A stretch of 64,000 nucleotides of DNA from an uncultured delta proteobacterium (GTDB lineage Bacteria; Myxococcota_A; Polyangia; Polyangiales; Polyangiaceae). Location of the stretch: positions 160,001 through 224,000 of the forward strand of contig CAWKKR010000004.1 of the NCBI GenBank assembly GCA_963850305.1, given 5' to 3'. Shown in pieces: positions 1 through 7,986 of the stretch. Every line of letters starts with the position of its first letter. The first letter of the stretch is position 1. The translations under genes were made by a program, and so were the position numbers. The notes beneath the pieces were generated by a model. It searched no databases and was not told the DNA's origin. It saw only the letters and a program-made list of their open reading frames with translations.

Positions 1-708
1 GGAGACACCTTCGGCTTGCCTGAGCTGCGCTTGCTCGAGCGCAACGCAGTCGTTCCCGATGCACTCGGGCACCACGGGTTGCCCGTTCACCTGGAAACCG
101 GTGACGATCGGATTCTGGTTCGTCAACGTCTGGTACGCGAACACCTCGGTGTAACCGACGACGAAATCGTCCGCGCCGAGCGCTGCGCCGGTCTTCGAAT
201 AGCAGGCGAAAGGGAACGTCGGCGTGCTGCCGGACTGCGGCAAGAACCCGAGGTGATCGCCCGCGCAGGCCGCGAAGAACACGAACGAAACCCCGTACGG
301 GATTTCCTTCGGGTTGGTGGGCCGTGGGCGGCTCGAAATGATGCTCGGCGGAAGAGTGTACGAAAACACGGGTCCGAGATCCGGCAGCGCGAGCGAGGGG
401 CTCAGCGTCGGCAATGGCCCCGCGTCCTTGGCACCGGACGCGAGCTCCGTAAAACACCCGGCGTAGATGTCGCCCGGGGGATTCGTGCAGCCCGCGAACC
501 ACGCGATGTGAATCGGACGCGGCGCCGTGGGCGCTCCGTCCGCAAACAACATACGCAGCGTCACCGTGTCGCCCGGCTTCGCGTAGGGCTTGTCCTTCTG
601 CACGGCGAGGATCCGGAGCGAATTGATCTGGCTCGGCGGCTCGAACCCCGCCGCGCACCCGGCAACCACGGCCATCGACACGACCCACGCCAGCGCACGT
701 CGGGACAT
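1..708 (-). CDS. Lipoprotein, partner of the upstream TonB-dependent receptor (3' end runs off the window)
   Basis: Not in the ORF track. ATG at 708, 2 nt after the receptor stop. Translates MSRRALAWVVSMAVVAGCAAGFEPPSQINSLRILAVQKDKPYAKPGDTVTLRML..., with a lipobox VAGC; frame read open at least to nt 421. Confidence 0.8.
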   Translation of the reverse strand, partial: MSRRALAWVVSMAVVAGCAAGFEPPSQINSLRILAVQKDKPYAKPGDTVTLRMLFADGAPTAPRPIHIAWFAGCTNPPGDIYAGCFTELASGAKDAGPLPTLSPSLALPDLGPVFSYTLPPSIISSRPRPTNPKEIPYGVSFVFFAACAGDHLGFLPQSGSTPTFPFACYSKTGAALGADDFVVGYTEVFAYQTLTNQNPIVTGFQVNGQPVVPECIGNDCVALEQAQLRQAEGVS

Positions 709-710
709 CG

Positions 711-3479
711 CTAAATCTCCCCCCGCAGGCCGAGGCTCGGGATGATGGGGAGCCCGGTCTGGTAGCTGTTCAGCGTGTAATTGTAGTTATAGCTGACGGC
801 TTCACGCGCGGCGTAATTGTAAACGTTCTCGACGTCCAGGTAGGCGGATAGCCGCCACGTCCGAAACTGCCACGTCTTGTCGACGCGGATGTCCAGCTGG
901 TGAAAGAGCGGCAGGCGCTGACTGAACGGCCTGCCTTCGATCGCCGTGTAGGTCGCTGCGTCCGCGGCATAGAGCGCGGCCAGCGCCGGGGATTGAGCGA
1001 CGGGCGTCGCGAGATTGCCGGAGATGATCCGGAACCTTGCGCCGAACTCCCAGCCGCGGCCAAGACGATAGCTTCCGAGGACCGTCAGGTTGTGCGTCTG
1101 ATCGTACTGGAACAGGTACTCGGGGCTCCCGGGACGATCCTGACGGATGCTCCGGGAGAGCGTGTACGCGATCCACCCGAAGAACCGATCGTCGGGCTTG
1201 TACTTGATCAAGGTTTCCATCCCGACCACGTACCCGGTACCGGCGTTGTCGTACTTGAACAGGGACGACAACGCGGTCTCCTGCGACACGAGGTTCGTCA
1301 GGCTCTTGTAGTATCCCTCGAGGCTCATTTCGATGTGGTGAGTGAACTCCTGCTCGATCCCGATCGAATAGTGCACGGAGCGGTTCGACAGAAGCCCGGG
1401 CGTACCGAAGACCGTGTTCGTCTCCTGTGGCTGCGGCGGCTGGTAGAAGAGGCCGACGCCGCCCTTGATCGTCGTGCGGAGGTGTCGCTCCTCGACCGGA
1501 AGATCTTCTTCGGCACGACCGCCGACGATGTCGTATCGACCATTGATACGCGGACTCCAGTCCGTGTGCCCGGTATCGCGCGCGTAATCGACGCGCAACC
1601 CCGGCACGATCTGCGCGCGCCGCGACGGTTGATATTCCGCTTCCGCGTACCAGGCAGGCCGGAAGAGCGTCGCCGTCTCGCTGGTGGTCTGAATGGGCCG
1701 TGTGGTCAGCGGCCCTGGGTCCGCCTCTCCGGGCTGAGGCGCCGAGGGACCCCTGAAGTACACCGTGTAAGGGTCGATGGTGAAGTCGAGCCCCGCGTGA
1801 AGCTTGAGCCCGCGCGCGAGTTTGAAGCCGAACTCGCTCCTCGCCGAAATGACCGTCTGATCGAGCGTGAACTTCAGCGGCCCGAAGCCGAAGTCGACTC
1901 CGTTGTGCCCGATGGCGAGCATCGACGTGAAATCCACGCTCCGGGAGAGGTCGGACTTGTACAGGGCCTGCGCGCGATAAAAACTGGTGCCGAACGTCAG
2001 GTTCCCGCCGAAGCCCGGGTCCTCCGCGAACGGATCGGTGACGATGAGCTTGAGCCCGTCACTCGAGCCGAAGAAACGCAAGCTCAGGCTCGACGTCGGT
2101 GTCGGCTTCGTGTCGGCGATGAGCTGATAGTCGTAATAGACCGGCGCGGACGTCACTCCCGCGCCCGCGTCCTGGAGCACGGGCTTCAACCAGACGTCTA
2201 CCCAGCTTCGCCGGCCCGCCGCGGCGAACGTCCAGTTTCCGGCCTGCCCTTGCACGAGAGCGCGCGTGTCGATCAGATCCGCCTGCGCCATCGCGTGGAA
2301 GCAGCCGGTCTTGTTCGTTGCCTTGCCGTAGTCCCCTTCGCAGTGCGTGTCCGGCTCGCGGAGCGCGATATCGACGATGCCGCCCATCGCCTGGCCGTAC
2401 TGCGCGCTGAAGTTGCCGGGATAAAAGTCGATGCGATCGAGGAGCTCCGTCGGGATCGCGCTCGAGAGACCGCCGAAGTGATAGATGAGCGGCACCGCCG
2501 CGCCATCGACGAAGATCTGCGTATCTTCCGGCGCGCTCCCGCGAACGATCAGCAGACCGGCAAAGCCCGGCGGCCGCGCCACGCCGGGAAGACTCTGGAT
2601 CGAACGGAGCGCGTCGCCGGACGTTCCCGGTATGCGTTCCATCTCGCGCTGCTCGATGGTGTAGCGGGTGACCTCGCGTGGCGGCCGCGTGCCTCGGACC
2701 GTGACCTCGATGCCCTTCGTTTCCGGCGCGAGCCGGTACGTGACGTCCGTCGCTTCACCCGCCACGACCTGTTCCGTCGCGTCGAGCGCCGCGAACCCCG
2801 CGGCCGTGACGTGGACCTTGTACGCACCCGGGGGAAGACCCTCGAGAGACCATTTACCCTGTGCGTCCGCGGCCGCGTGACGGGGCACGCCGTCGGGCCC
2901 CGTTGCCACGATCTCGGCGCCGGCGAGCGGCGTCTCGGCCGCCGTCATACGGATCAGACCACCCAGGTTGCCGGTCGTCGGCGGAGGCGGCGGCTTCTCC
3001 GGTGCCGGCGGCGGCGACAGCGTGAACGAGTACCGGTAAGGGATCCTGACGGGGATGGGCTGCCCGTCGCGCGTCGCTGGCGAGAACTCGAAGCCCATGG
3101 CCGCGGCCTGCGCCGCCTCGTCGAACCCGTGCCCGGCAGGCTGCACCACCGCCGCCTTCGTCACCTTCCCGGTGCGATCGATGTCGAGATGGAGGATGAC
3201 CTGCGCCGTGAGCCCGGCGGCCCTGGCTTCCGCGGGGTACGTCGCCTCCACGAACTTCGTCTGCTTCGGCATGACGATCTGCGGCGCCGGCACGGCCGGA
3301 CCCGGTGGGGCGGTTCGGATGGCGGCACCGGAAGCCCCATGAGGGATCGCGCCTTCGGCGGACGGACTGTCCGGGCTCTCTTGAGCCATTGCGCCGGCGG
3401 CAAGGGAGGCCACCGTCGCTCCGGCGAGGAGAGCCGAACCACGCCGCCGTGCACGGCCCATCGATCCGCGAAGCGACAT
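711..3479 (-). CDS. TonB-dependent outer-membrane receptor with N-terminal TonB C-terminal domain and carboxypeptidase-regulatory-like domain
   Basis: Signal peptide; TonB_C-like YPAEARAAGLTAQVILHLDIDRTGKV...FSPATRDGQPIPV; plug region GDALRSIQSLPGVAR...IVRG...IFVDG...YHFGG; beta-barrel ending PSLGLRGEI. Confidence 0.9.
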   Translation of the reverse strand: MSLRGSMGRARRRGSALLAGATVASLAAGAMAQESPDSPSAEGAIPHGASGAAIRTAPPGPAVPAPQIVMPKQTKFVEATYPAEARAAGLTAQVILHLDIDRTGKVTKAAVVQPAGHGFDEAAQAAAMGFEFSPATRDGQPIPVRIPYRYSFTLSPPPAPEKPPPPPTTGNLGGLIRMTAAETPLAGAEIVATGPDGVPRHAAADAQGKWSLEGLPPGAYKVHVTAAGFAALDATEQVVAGEATDVTYRLAPETKGIEVTVRGTRPPREVTRYTIEQREMERIPGTSGDALRSIQSLPGVARPPGFAGLLIVRGSAPEDTQIFVDGAAVPLIYHFGGLSSAIPTELLDRIDFYPGNFSAQYGQAMGGIVDIALREPDTHCEGDYGKATNKTGCFHAMAQADLIDTRALVQGQAGNWTFAAAGRRSWVDVWLKPVLQDAGAGVTSAPVYYDYQLIADTKPTPTSSLSLRFFGSSDGLKLIVTDPFAEDPGFGGNLTFGTSFYRAQALYKSDLSRSVDFTSMLAIGHNGVDFGFGPLKFTLDQTVISARSEFGFKLARGLKLHAGLDFTIDPYTVYFRGPSAPQPGEADPGPLTTRPIQTTSETATLFRPAWYAEAEYQPSRRAQIVPGLRVDYARDTGHTDWSPRINGRYDIVGGRAEEDLPVEERHLRTTIKGGVGLFYQPPQPQETNTVFGTPGLLSNRSVHYSIGIEQEFTHHIEMSLEGYYKSLTNLVSQETALSSLFKYDNAGTGYVVGMETLIKYKPDDRFFGWIAYTLSRSIRQDRPGSPEYLFQYDQTHNLTVLGSYRLGRGWEFGARFRIISGNLATPVAQSPALAALYAADAATYTAIEGRPFSQRLPLFHQLDIRVDKTWQFRTWRLSAYLDVENVYNYAAREAVSYNYNYTLNSYQTGLPIIPSLGLRGEI

Positions 3480-3797
3480 CTCGGCGACCTTCGTCTACAG
3501 GGATGCGGCCGGAATGACAACACCCGTGTCGCCGACGTCTCGCCGGGCGCGAAAACCGCAGGGGAGCCTCCAGCTTTCGCGGCGCGTAATCCGCCAGTAG
3601 CAAGCTCGTCGGGGAGACGAACCTCGGCCTCGTGAGCGTAGAATGACGGCTCTGGCCCGATCGTGAAGGGCCGGGCATGGGTCGCCGCCAGCGATCTCGA
3701 TCTCGGCGGCGGGCTCGCGTGTCGGAGATCGCTCGACCGCGCGGACCGCAAACCCTAATAACCTTCGCCAGCGTCACAACACCGGAGAGCTGGAGAG

Positions 3798-4191
3798 ATG
3801 CTGGGCTATGACAAGGTGGGTTCCGGCGCGCTCGGTGTCGTGGCCCTGAACGACTGGATGTGCGACACGTCCACCTGGGACGGCGCGCGCACGTATCTCG
3901 ACGGAAATGCTTTCACCTGGGCCTTCGCCGACCTGCGCGGCTATGGGCGGTCGAAACATCTGCGCGGCAACTTCGACGTGGTCGACGGCGAAGATCGCCG
4001 TCCCCGTGCTCGCCGTCACCGGCGAGAAAGACGCCGAGCCCATGCGAAGCGCGGCCGTGACGAACGGCCTCTCGCCGCTGTGCGAGCACCTCGTCGTGAC
4101 GCCGCTCGCCGACTGCGGCCACTACCCGATGCAGGAAGCGCCCCCGCTCCTCGTCACGATCGTCGAGCGGTTTCTGCTCGGTGACGGGTGA
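3798..4191 (+). pseudogene. Alpha/beta hydrolase remnant with internal deletion and frameshift
   Basis: N-terminal part (...FADLRGYGRS) in one frame joins near 3980-3990 to the C-terminal part (AVPVLAVTGEKD...CGHYPMQEAP...ERFL) in another. The central GxSxG nucleophile region is absent. Confidence 0.75.
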
Positions 4192-4256
4192 TCGTTCGGC
4201 GCCGACCGTGATGGGATCGGCAGGGGGGAGCGGCCGGTATATCCTGCTAACCTCTG

Positions 4257-5084
4257 ATGAAGACGGGCGAGGCCAGCCGGACGGCGCTGATCACCGCAGC
4301 AGCGCGGGCTCGCGCGAGCTCTGGGCCTGGAGCGCTCTGCGATGACCCATGGGCCTTCGCGCTCGCGGGCGCCGAGGGTCGCGACCTCGAAGAGGCGATT
4401 CATCGCGTGCGGCCGGCGCTCTCTCTTTACGTGGCGGTGCGCACGGCATTCGTGGACGCACAGGTGCGCCGTTTCACCGGGCCGCCAACGAGCTTCGAAC
4501 AGGTCGTGCTCCTCGGAGCGGGTCTCGACACGCGTGCCGCGCGCCTCGCAGCGCGGAGTGTGCGCTTCTTCGAGGTGGACCACCGTGCCACGCAGTTCGA
4601 CAAGCGCGAGCGCCTCCTCTCGCTCGCCGGGTATCCCGAGGATGCCGCGACCTTCGTCGAGTGCGACTTCGGGACGGAAGGGTTTCTGGACAAGCTCGTC
4701 GCGCGGGGCTTCGACGCCGCTCGCCCGGCGGTGATCGTCTGGGAGGGCGTGACGATGTACCTCGATGAGGCCGGGATCCGTGGGACCCTCAGGACGATCG
4801 CAACCGCCTGCGCCCCGCGCACCGTCTTGCTCTTCGATCATCTGCCCAGCTTCCCGCCGGAGGCTGCCGGCGACCCGCGTCACGTCTTCCTGGCTCGCCT
4901 TGGCGAGACGCTTCGATGGGGCACCGACGATGCCTTGCCGATGCTCCACGAAGAGGGCTTCCGTCACGTGCAGAGCCTCACGTTCGACGAACTGTCCCTC
5001 GCCTACACCGGCACGTACGATGGGACACGCGGGTTCCACTCGCGCCGCATGGTCGTCGCGAGCCGCGCCACGCCGGTGTTCTGA
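4257..5084 (+). CDS. SAM-dependent methyltransferase (leucine carboxyl methyltransferase-like / TIGR00027 type)
   Basis: Motifs DPWA, VRTAFVD, QVVLLGAGLDTRAARL, FFEVD, WEGVTMYL. Confidence 0.9.
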   Translation: MKTGEASRTALITAAARARASSGPGALCDDPWAFALAGAEGRDLEEAIHRVRPALSLYVAVRTAFVDAQVRRFTGPPTSFEQVVLLGAGLDTRAARLAARSVRFFEVDHRATQFDKRERLLSLAGYPEDAATFVECDFGTEGFLDKLVARGFDAARPAVIVWEGVTMYLDEAGIRGTLRTIATACAPRTVLLFDHLPSFPPEAAGDPRHVFLARLGETLRWGTDDALPMLHEEGFRHVQSLTFDELSLAYTGTYDGTRGFHSRRMVVASRATPVF

Positions 5085-5138
5085 GAATTGCGCCGCCACC
5101 GGAGTTGCTCGACGAGCCCGGCTCGATCGACGAGTCTT

Positions 5139-5729
5139 TCAGCCGGCGCCCGTGGCTCCCCCGGTCGGCTCCGCGGCGCGGCTCGCCGCCACGGCTTTGG
5201 TCATCGCGTACTCCCGGATATCCTTCGGCCACTTTCGGACGAGGGCTTCGAACCGCGCGACGTCCCCATTGAACAGTGCTCGGGTCGCTTCTTCGTAGTG
5301 AGGGCGGTCCCCGGCCATGCTCGTGAGAAACCGGCTGAGCGCGCCGCGGATCCGAAGGGCCCGCTCCTTCGGCGGCTCGTCACGGGAGGCTTGCTCCACG
5401 AGACGGCGGAGCGTGCCCGACAGCCCGCTCGCTTGCCGCTCCAGCCATTCCCAGTGACGCGGGAGCAAGGACACTTCGCGGCTCGTGACCCCCAGCTTTG
5501 GGCGGCCAGGGCCCCGTGGGGGCGAGGGCGCCGCTCGTGCGAGCACATCCTCGATGGACCCGCGGAGATTGAAATCGCACTGCTCGCCCGTGAGGTCGTC
5601 GAACACCAGAACGGGCTCCGACTCTTCCCGGTCGAATCGTCCCTTGAGCACGCGAAGCACTGCCTGGAGATCGCCGCCCGCCACCCGGCGAGAGCCGGCG
5701 AATGCCGTGTAAGTCGTCTGGTCAGTCAT
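5139..5729 (-). CDS. DUF2239 family protein (probable ribbon-helix-helix DNA-binding protein)
   Basis: MTDQTTYTAFAG...VLVFDDLTGEQCDFNLRG...GPGRPKLGVTSREVSLLPRHWEWL...LRRLVE...MAGDRPHYEEATRALF...WPKDIREY. Start placed at ATG 5729, 7 nt below a -10 box. Confidence 0.85.
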   Translation of the reverse strand: MTDQTTYTAFAGSRRVAGGDLQAVLRVLKGRFDREESEPVLVFDDLTGEQCDFNLRGSIEDVLARAAPSPPRGPGRPKLGVTSREVSLLPRHWEWLERQASGLSGTLRRLVEQASRDEPPKERALRIRGALSRFLTSMAGDRPHYEEATRALFNGDVARFEALVRKWPKDIREYAMTKAVAASRAAEPTGGATGAG

Positions 5730-5736
5730 GTCCGGC

Positions 5737-5765
5737 GTTTTACCCGGGTAAATCAGGCCCGTCAA
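5737..5765 (-). promoter_or_regulatory. sigma70-type leaderless promoter of the DUF2239 gene
   Basis: Minus strand: TTGACG (5765-5760), 17-nt spacer, TAAAAC (5742-5737), 7 nt, ATG (5729). Confidence 0.65.
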
Positions 5766-5780
5766 TATCTCCCGGGTAAA
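5739..5780. promoter_or_regulatory. Paired palindromic operator sites
   Basis: Perfect 14-bp palindrome TTTACCCGGGTAAA at 5739-5752 and imperfect copy ATCTCCCGGGTAAA at 5767-5780; centres 28 bp apart, flanking the -35 and overlapping the -10. Confidence 0.7.
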
Positions 5781-5880
5781 ACTTTCGAGGGCACACCCCG
5801 CCTCGAGGAGGGCTAGTCGGCCAAGAAAAGTCTCAAGGACATCCGCGATCGCAGTGACGCGCGCGCTATGCTCGGTCCCG

Positions 5881-5994
5881 ATGAGCGCCATGGCTCGCAG
5901 CATCGATGATCTGCTGGCGCGGCTCGCCACGCTGCCGGCGAACGTGACGGGCGAGAGCATCGACGGGGAACTCCGGTCTCGTGCGGGGGATTGA
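5881..5994 (+). pseudogene. Uma2 (DUF820) family endonuclease, N-terminal remnant (37 aa)
   Basis: Below the ORF-track cutoff. MSAMARSIDDLLARLATLPANVTGESIDGELRSRAGD* matches the Uma2 N-terminal pattern (L..LP....GE.IDGEL). TATGCT -10 box lies 8 nt upstream of the ATG. Confidence 0.6.
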
Positions 5995-6014
5995 AAGGCG
6001 AAGACGAGGGCTCC

Positions 6015-6782
6015 GTGAGACTCGCTACCTGGAATGTGAACTCGATCCGCGCGCGCCATGAGGCGGTGCTGGAGTGGATCGCCCGGGTCGAGCCCGATGT
6101 CCTCTGCATGCAGGAGACGAAGGTCGAAGACGACGAGTTTCCGACGGACGAGCTGCTTCGTCTCGGATACGCGGTCGCGATGGCGGGGCAGAAGTCTTAC
6201 AACGGTGTCGCGATCGCCTCACGCCTCCCCATGAAGGACGTGGCCATCGGGTTTCACGACGAGCCGGACCCCGCGGAAAAGCGGCTCGTGAGCGCCACCG
6301 TCGACGGCGTGCGGATCTATTCGGCGTACGTGCCGAACGGAAAGTCCCCGACGTCGCCGTCCTTCGCGGAGAAGCTGCGCTGGCTCTCACGACTCCGGGA
6401 GACGCTCGCCCACGATGCCTCGCCGGAAACGCCGCTCGCCGTCTGCGGGGATTTCAACATCGCGCCGGACGCGCGCGACGTGTTCGACCCGGTGGCGATG
6501 GAGGGGCAGCTTCATTTTCATCCGGACGAGCACCGCGCGCTCGCGGACCTGCTCTCGTTCGGATTGACGGATGTGTTTCGCCTTCACCACGAAGAGGGCA
6601 AGCGCTTCAGCTGGTGGGACTATCGCGCTGGAGGCTTCCGGAGAAACCTGGGGCTCAGGATCGACCTCATCCTTGCCACAGCGTCCCTCGCCGCGCGCTG
6701 CACGGGCTCGGACATCGACGTCGAGCCTCGCAGGGGTGAAAAGCCTTCCGATCACGCACCGGTCGTCGCGACGTTCCGCTGA
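6015..6782 (+). CDS. xth: Exodeoxyribonuclease III
   Basis: (M)RLATWNVNSIRAR, DVLCMQETK, YNGVAI, YVPNG, GDFNIAP, FSWWDYR, GLRIDLIL, PSDHAPV. Confidence 0.95.
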   Translation: MRLATWNVNSIRARHEAVLEWIARVEPDVLCMQETKVEDDEFPTDELLRLGYAVAMAGQKSYNGVAIASRLPMKDVAIGFHDEPDPAEKRLVSATVDGVRIYSAYVPNGKSPTSPSFAEKLRWLSRLRETLAHDASPETPLAVCGDFNIAPDARDVFDPVAMEGQLHFHPDEHRALADLLSFGLTDVFRLHHEEGKRFSWWDYRAGGFRRNLGLRIDLILATASLAARCTGSDIDVEPRRGEKPSDHAPVVATFR

Positions 6783-7906
6783 CGAAAATGCGACGAATGA
6801 CGGGCGGACGACACCTGCGCGCGGTTCGACTCCGACGACGCCTGGCTCGCGTAGGCTTCTCTCAACGACGGAATCGCGGCGAGCGAGATGCGGCCTCGTT
6901 CGCACCACGTCTCCGCATCCGGGTCCGCTTCGAAGGCGGCCCGCACGCGATGGAGCGCCGGCAAATACACGAGCTCGCGCGCGAGCCCGCCGCCGCGAGC
7001 GACGCGCGACGCCAGTGCGAGCGCTGGACGGAGCGGCACATCGTAGCCCTGGACGAGACGCACGACCTCGACGAAGTCCGCGCCGCGGCGGACGGCCAGC
7101 GCGCCCAGATGCCTGAGGCCGAGCTCCTTTCGTCGTTCGTCGTCGAAGAGCCCTGTTCGCATTTCGATGAGCAGCGCGCGGCCCTCCTCGTCATCAGCGG
7201 CGCCCGAGGTGCCCACCGCGAAGAGCCCGAGAGGCTCGGCCCTGGCGCGGACGCGCGGGAGCGCATGCCCGTAGACCTCGTGATGGGCGATGCGACGCGC
7301 CGCCTGCTCCCTGTGCGACAGGCCGGCGCGGACGACGATGATGCCGTCGCCTGTCGCGGCCGAGGAAGTGAGCTCGCGGCTGAGCACGACCCGCACGGGC
7401 AGGCGAAGTGTCCCCAGTGCCGCTCGTACTACGTTCACCAGACTCCGTGGGTCGCCTTCGTCATCAGCGAGGATGCGCGTTCCTCCTGGCGCAACGGGTA
7501 GGCTCGCCCACGCTGCCGCTTCGGCGTCCCCGGCGCGTCCGTGCGCGGACTCGTCGATCGCGAAGCGACGCGACGCGAGCTCGCGAAACTCCGGTGTCCC
7601 GAGGGCGCCGACAATCGCGGCTTCCCTGCATAATTCGACCGCGCGAGCCGCGTAGAGCGAGCCCAGCGTGCAGGCAGCCGGGGCTTCGCGGATGGCCCAG
7701 TCGAGCGCACGGAGAAGCTCGGAGAGATCGGGGCGAGCCCGGTATGCGAACCCCGGCTCCTCGGGGCCGATCGCGGTCCAGCGGGCCGCCAAGCGCTGGA
7801 GCTCGAGGGCGCCGTTGGTCGGAAGGCAGCGGTCGAGCAGGGCGATCGCCCGCTCGCCATGAGCGAGCAACCGATCGAGATCGATAAGTCCGAGCGGTCT
7901 CGACAT
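6752..7906 (-). CDS. DUF1704 / tyrosine-phenylalanine carboxypeptidase-like metallopeptidase
   Basis: HExxxH motif HHEVYGHA followed by DEEGRA, and RVARGGG...ELVYL C-terminal motif. Confidence 0.7.
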   Translation of the reverse strand: MSRPLGLIDLDRLLAHGERAIALLDRCLPTNGALELQRLAARWTAIGPEEPGFAYRARPDLSELLRALDWAIREAPAACTLGSLYAARAVELCREAAIVGALGTPEFRELASRRFAIDESAHGRAGDAEAAAWASLPVAPGGTRILADDEGDPRSLVNVVRAALGTLRLPVRVVLSRELTSSAATGDGIIVVRAGLSHREQAARRIAHHEVYGHALPRVRARAEPLGLFAVGTSGAADDEEGRALLIEMRTGLFDDERRKELGLRHLGALAVRRGADFVEVVRLVQGYDVPLRPALALASRVARGGGLARELVYLPALHRVRAAFEADPDAETWCERGRISLAAIPSLREAYASQASSESNRAQVSSARHSSHFRQRNVATTGA

Positions 7907-7986
7907 GGCACCCCCCTTCTAACATTGTCCTCCTGCCTCCCGCGCGTTCGCACGTTCCAGCCAGGGTGCGCTAGAATCTCGGGGCC

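Noticed and set aside
900..3635. 911-aa plus-strand ORF and many similar long overlapping ORFs (e.g. 7435..9108, 23577..25364, 31922..33790, 33490..35292)
   Set aside because: Antisense or alternate-frame shadows of well-supported genes, expected at this GC content; Arg/Ala/Pro-rich with no motifs.
3480..3790. Cobalamin or c-di-GMP riboswitch upstream of the TonB-dependent receptor
   Set aside because: No B12-box or GEMM consensus recognisable by eye; an Rfam/Infernal scan would be needed to exclude it fully.
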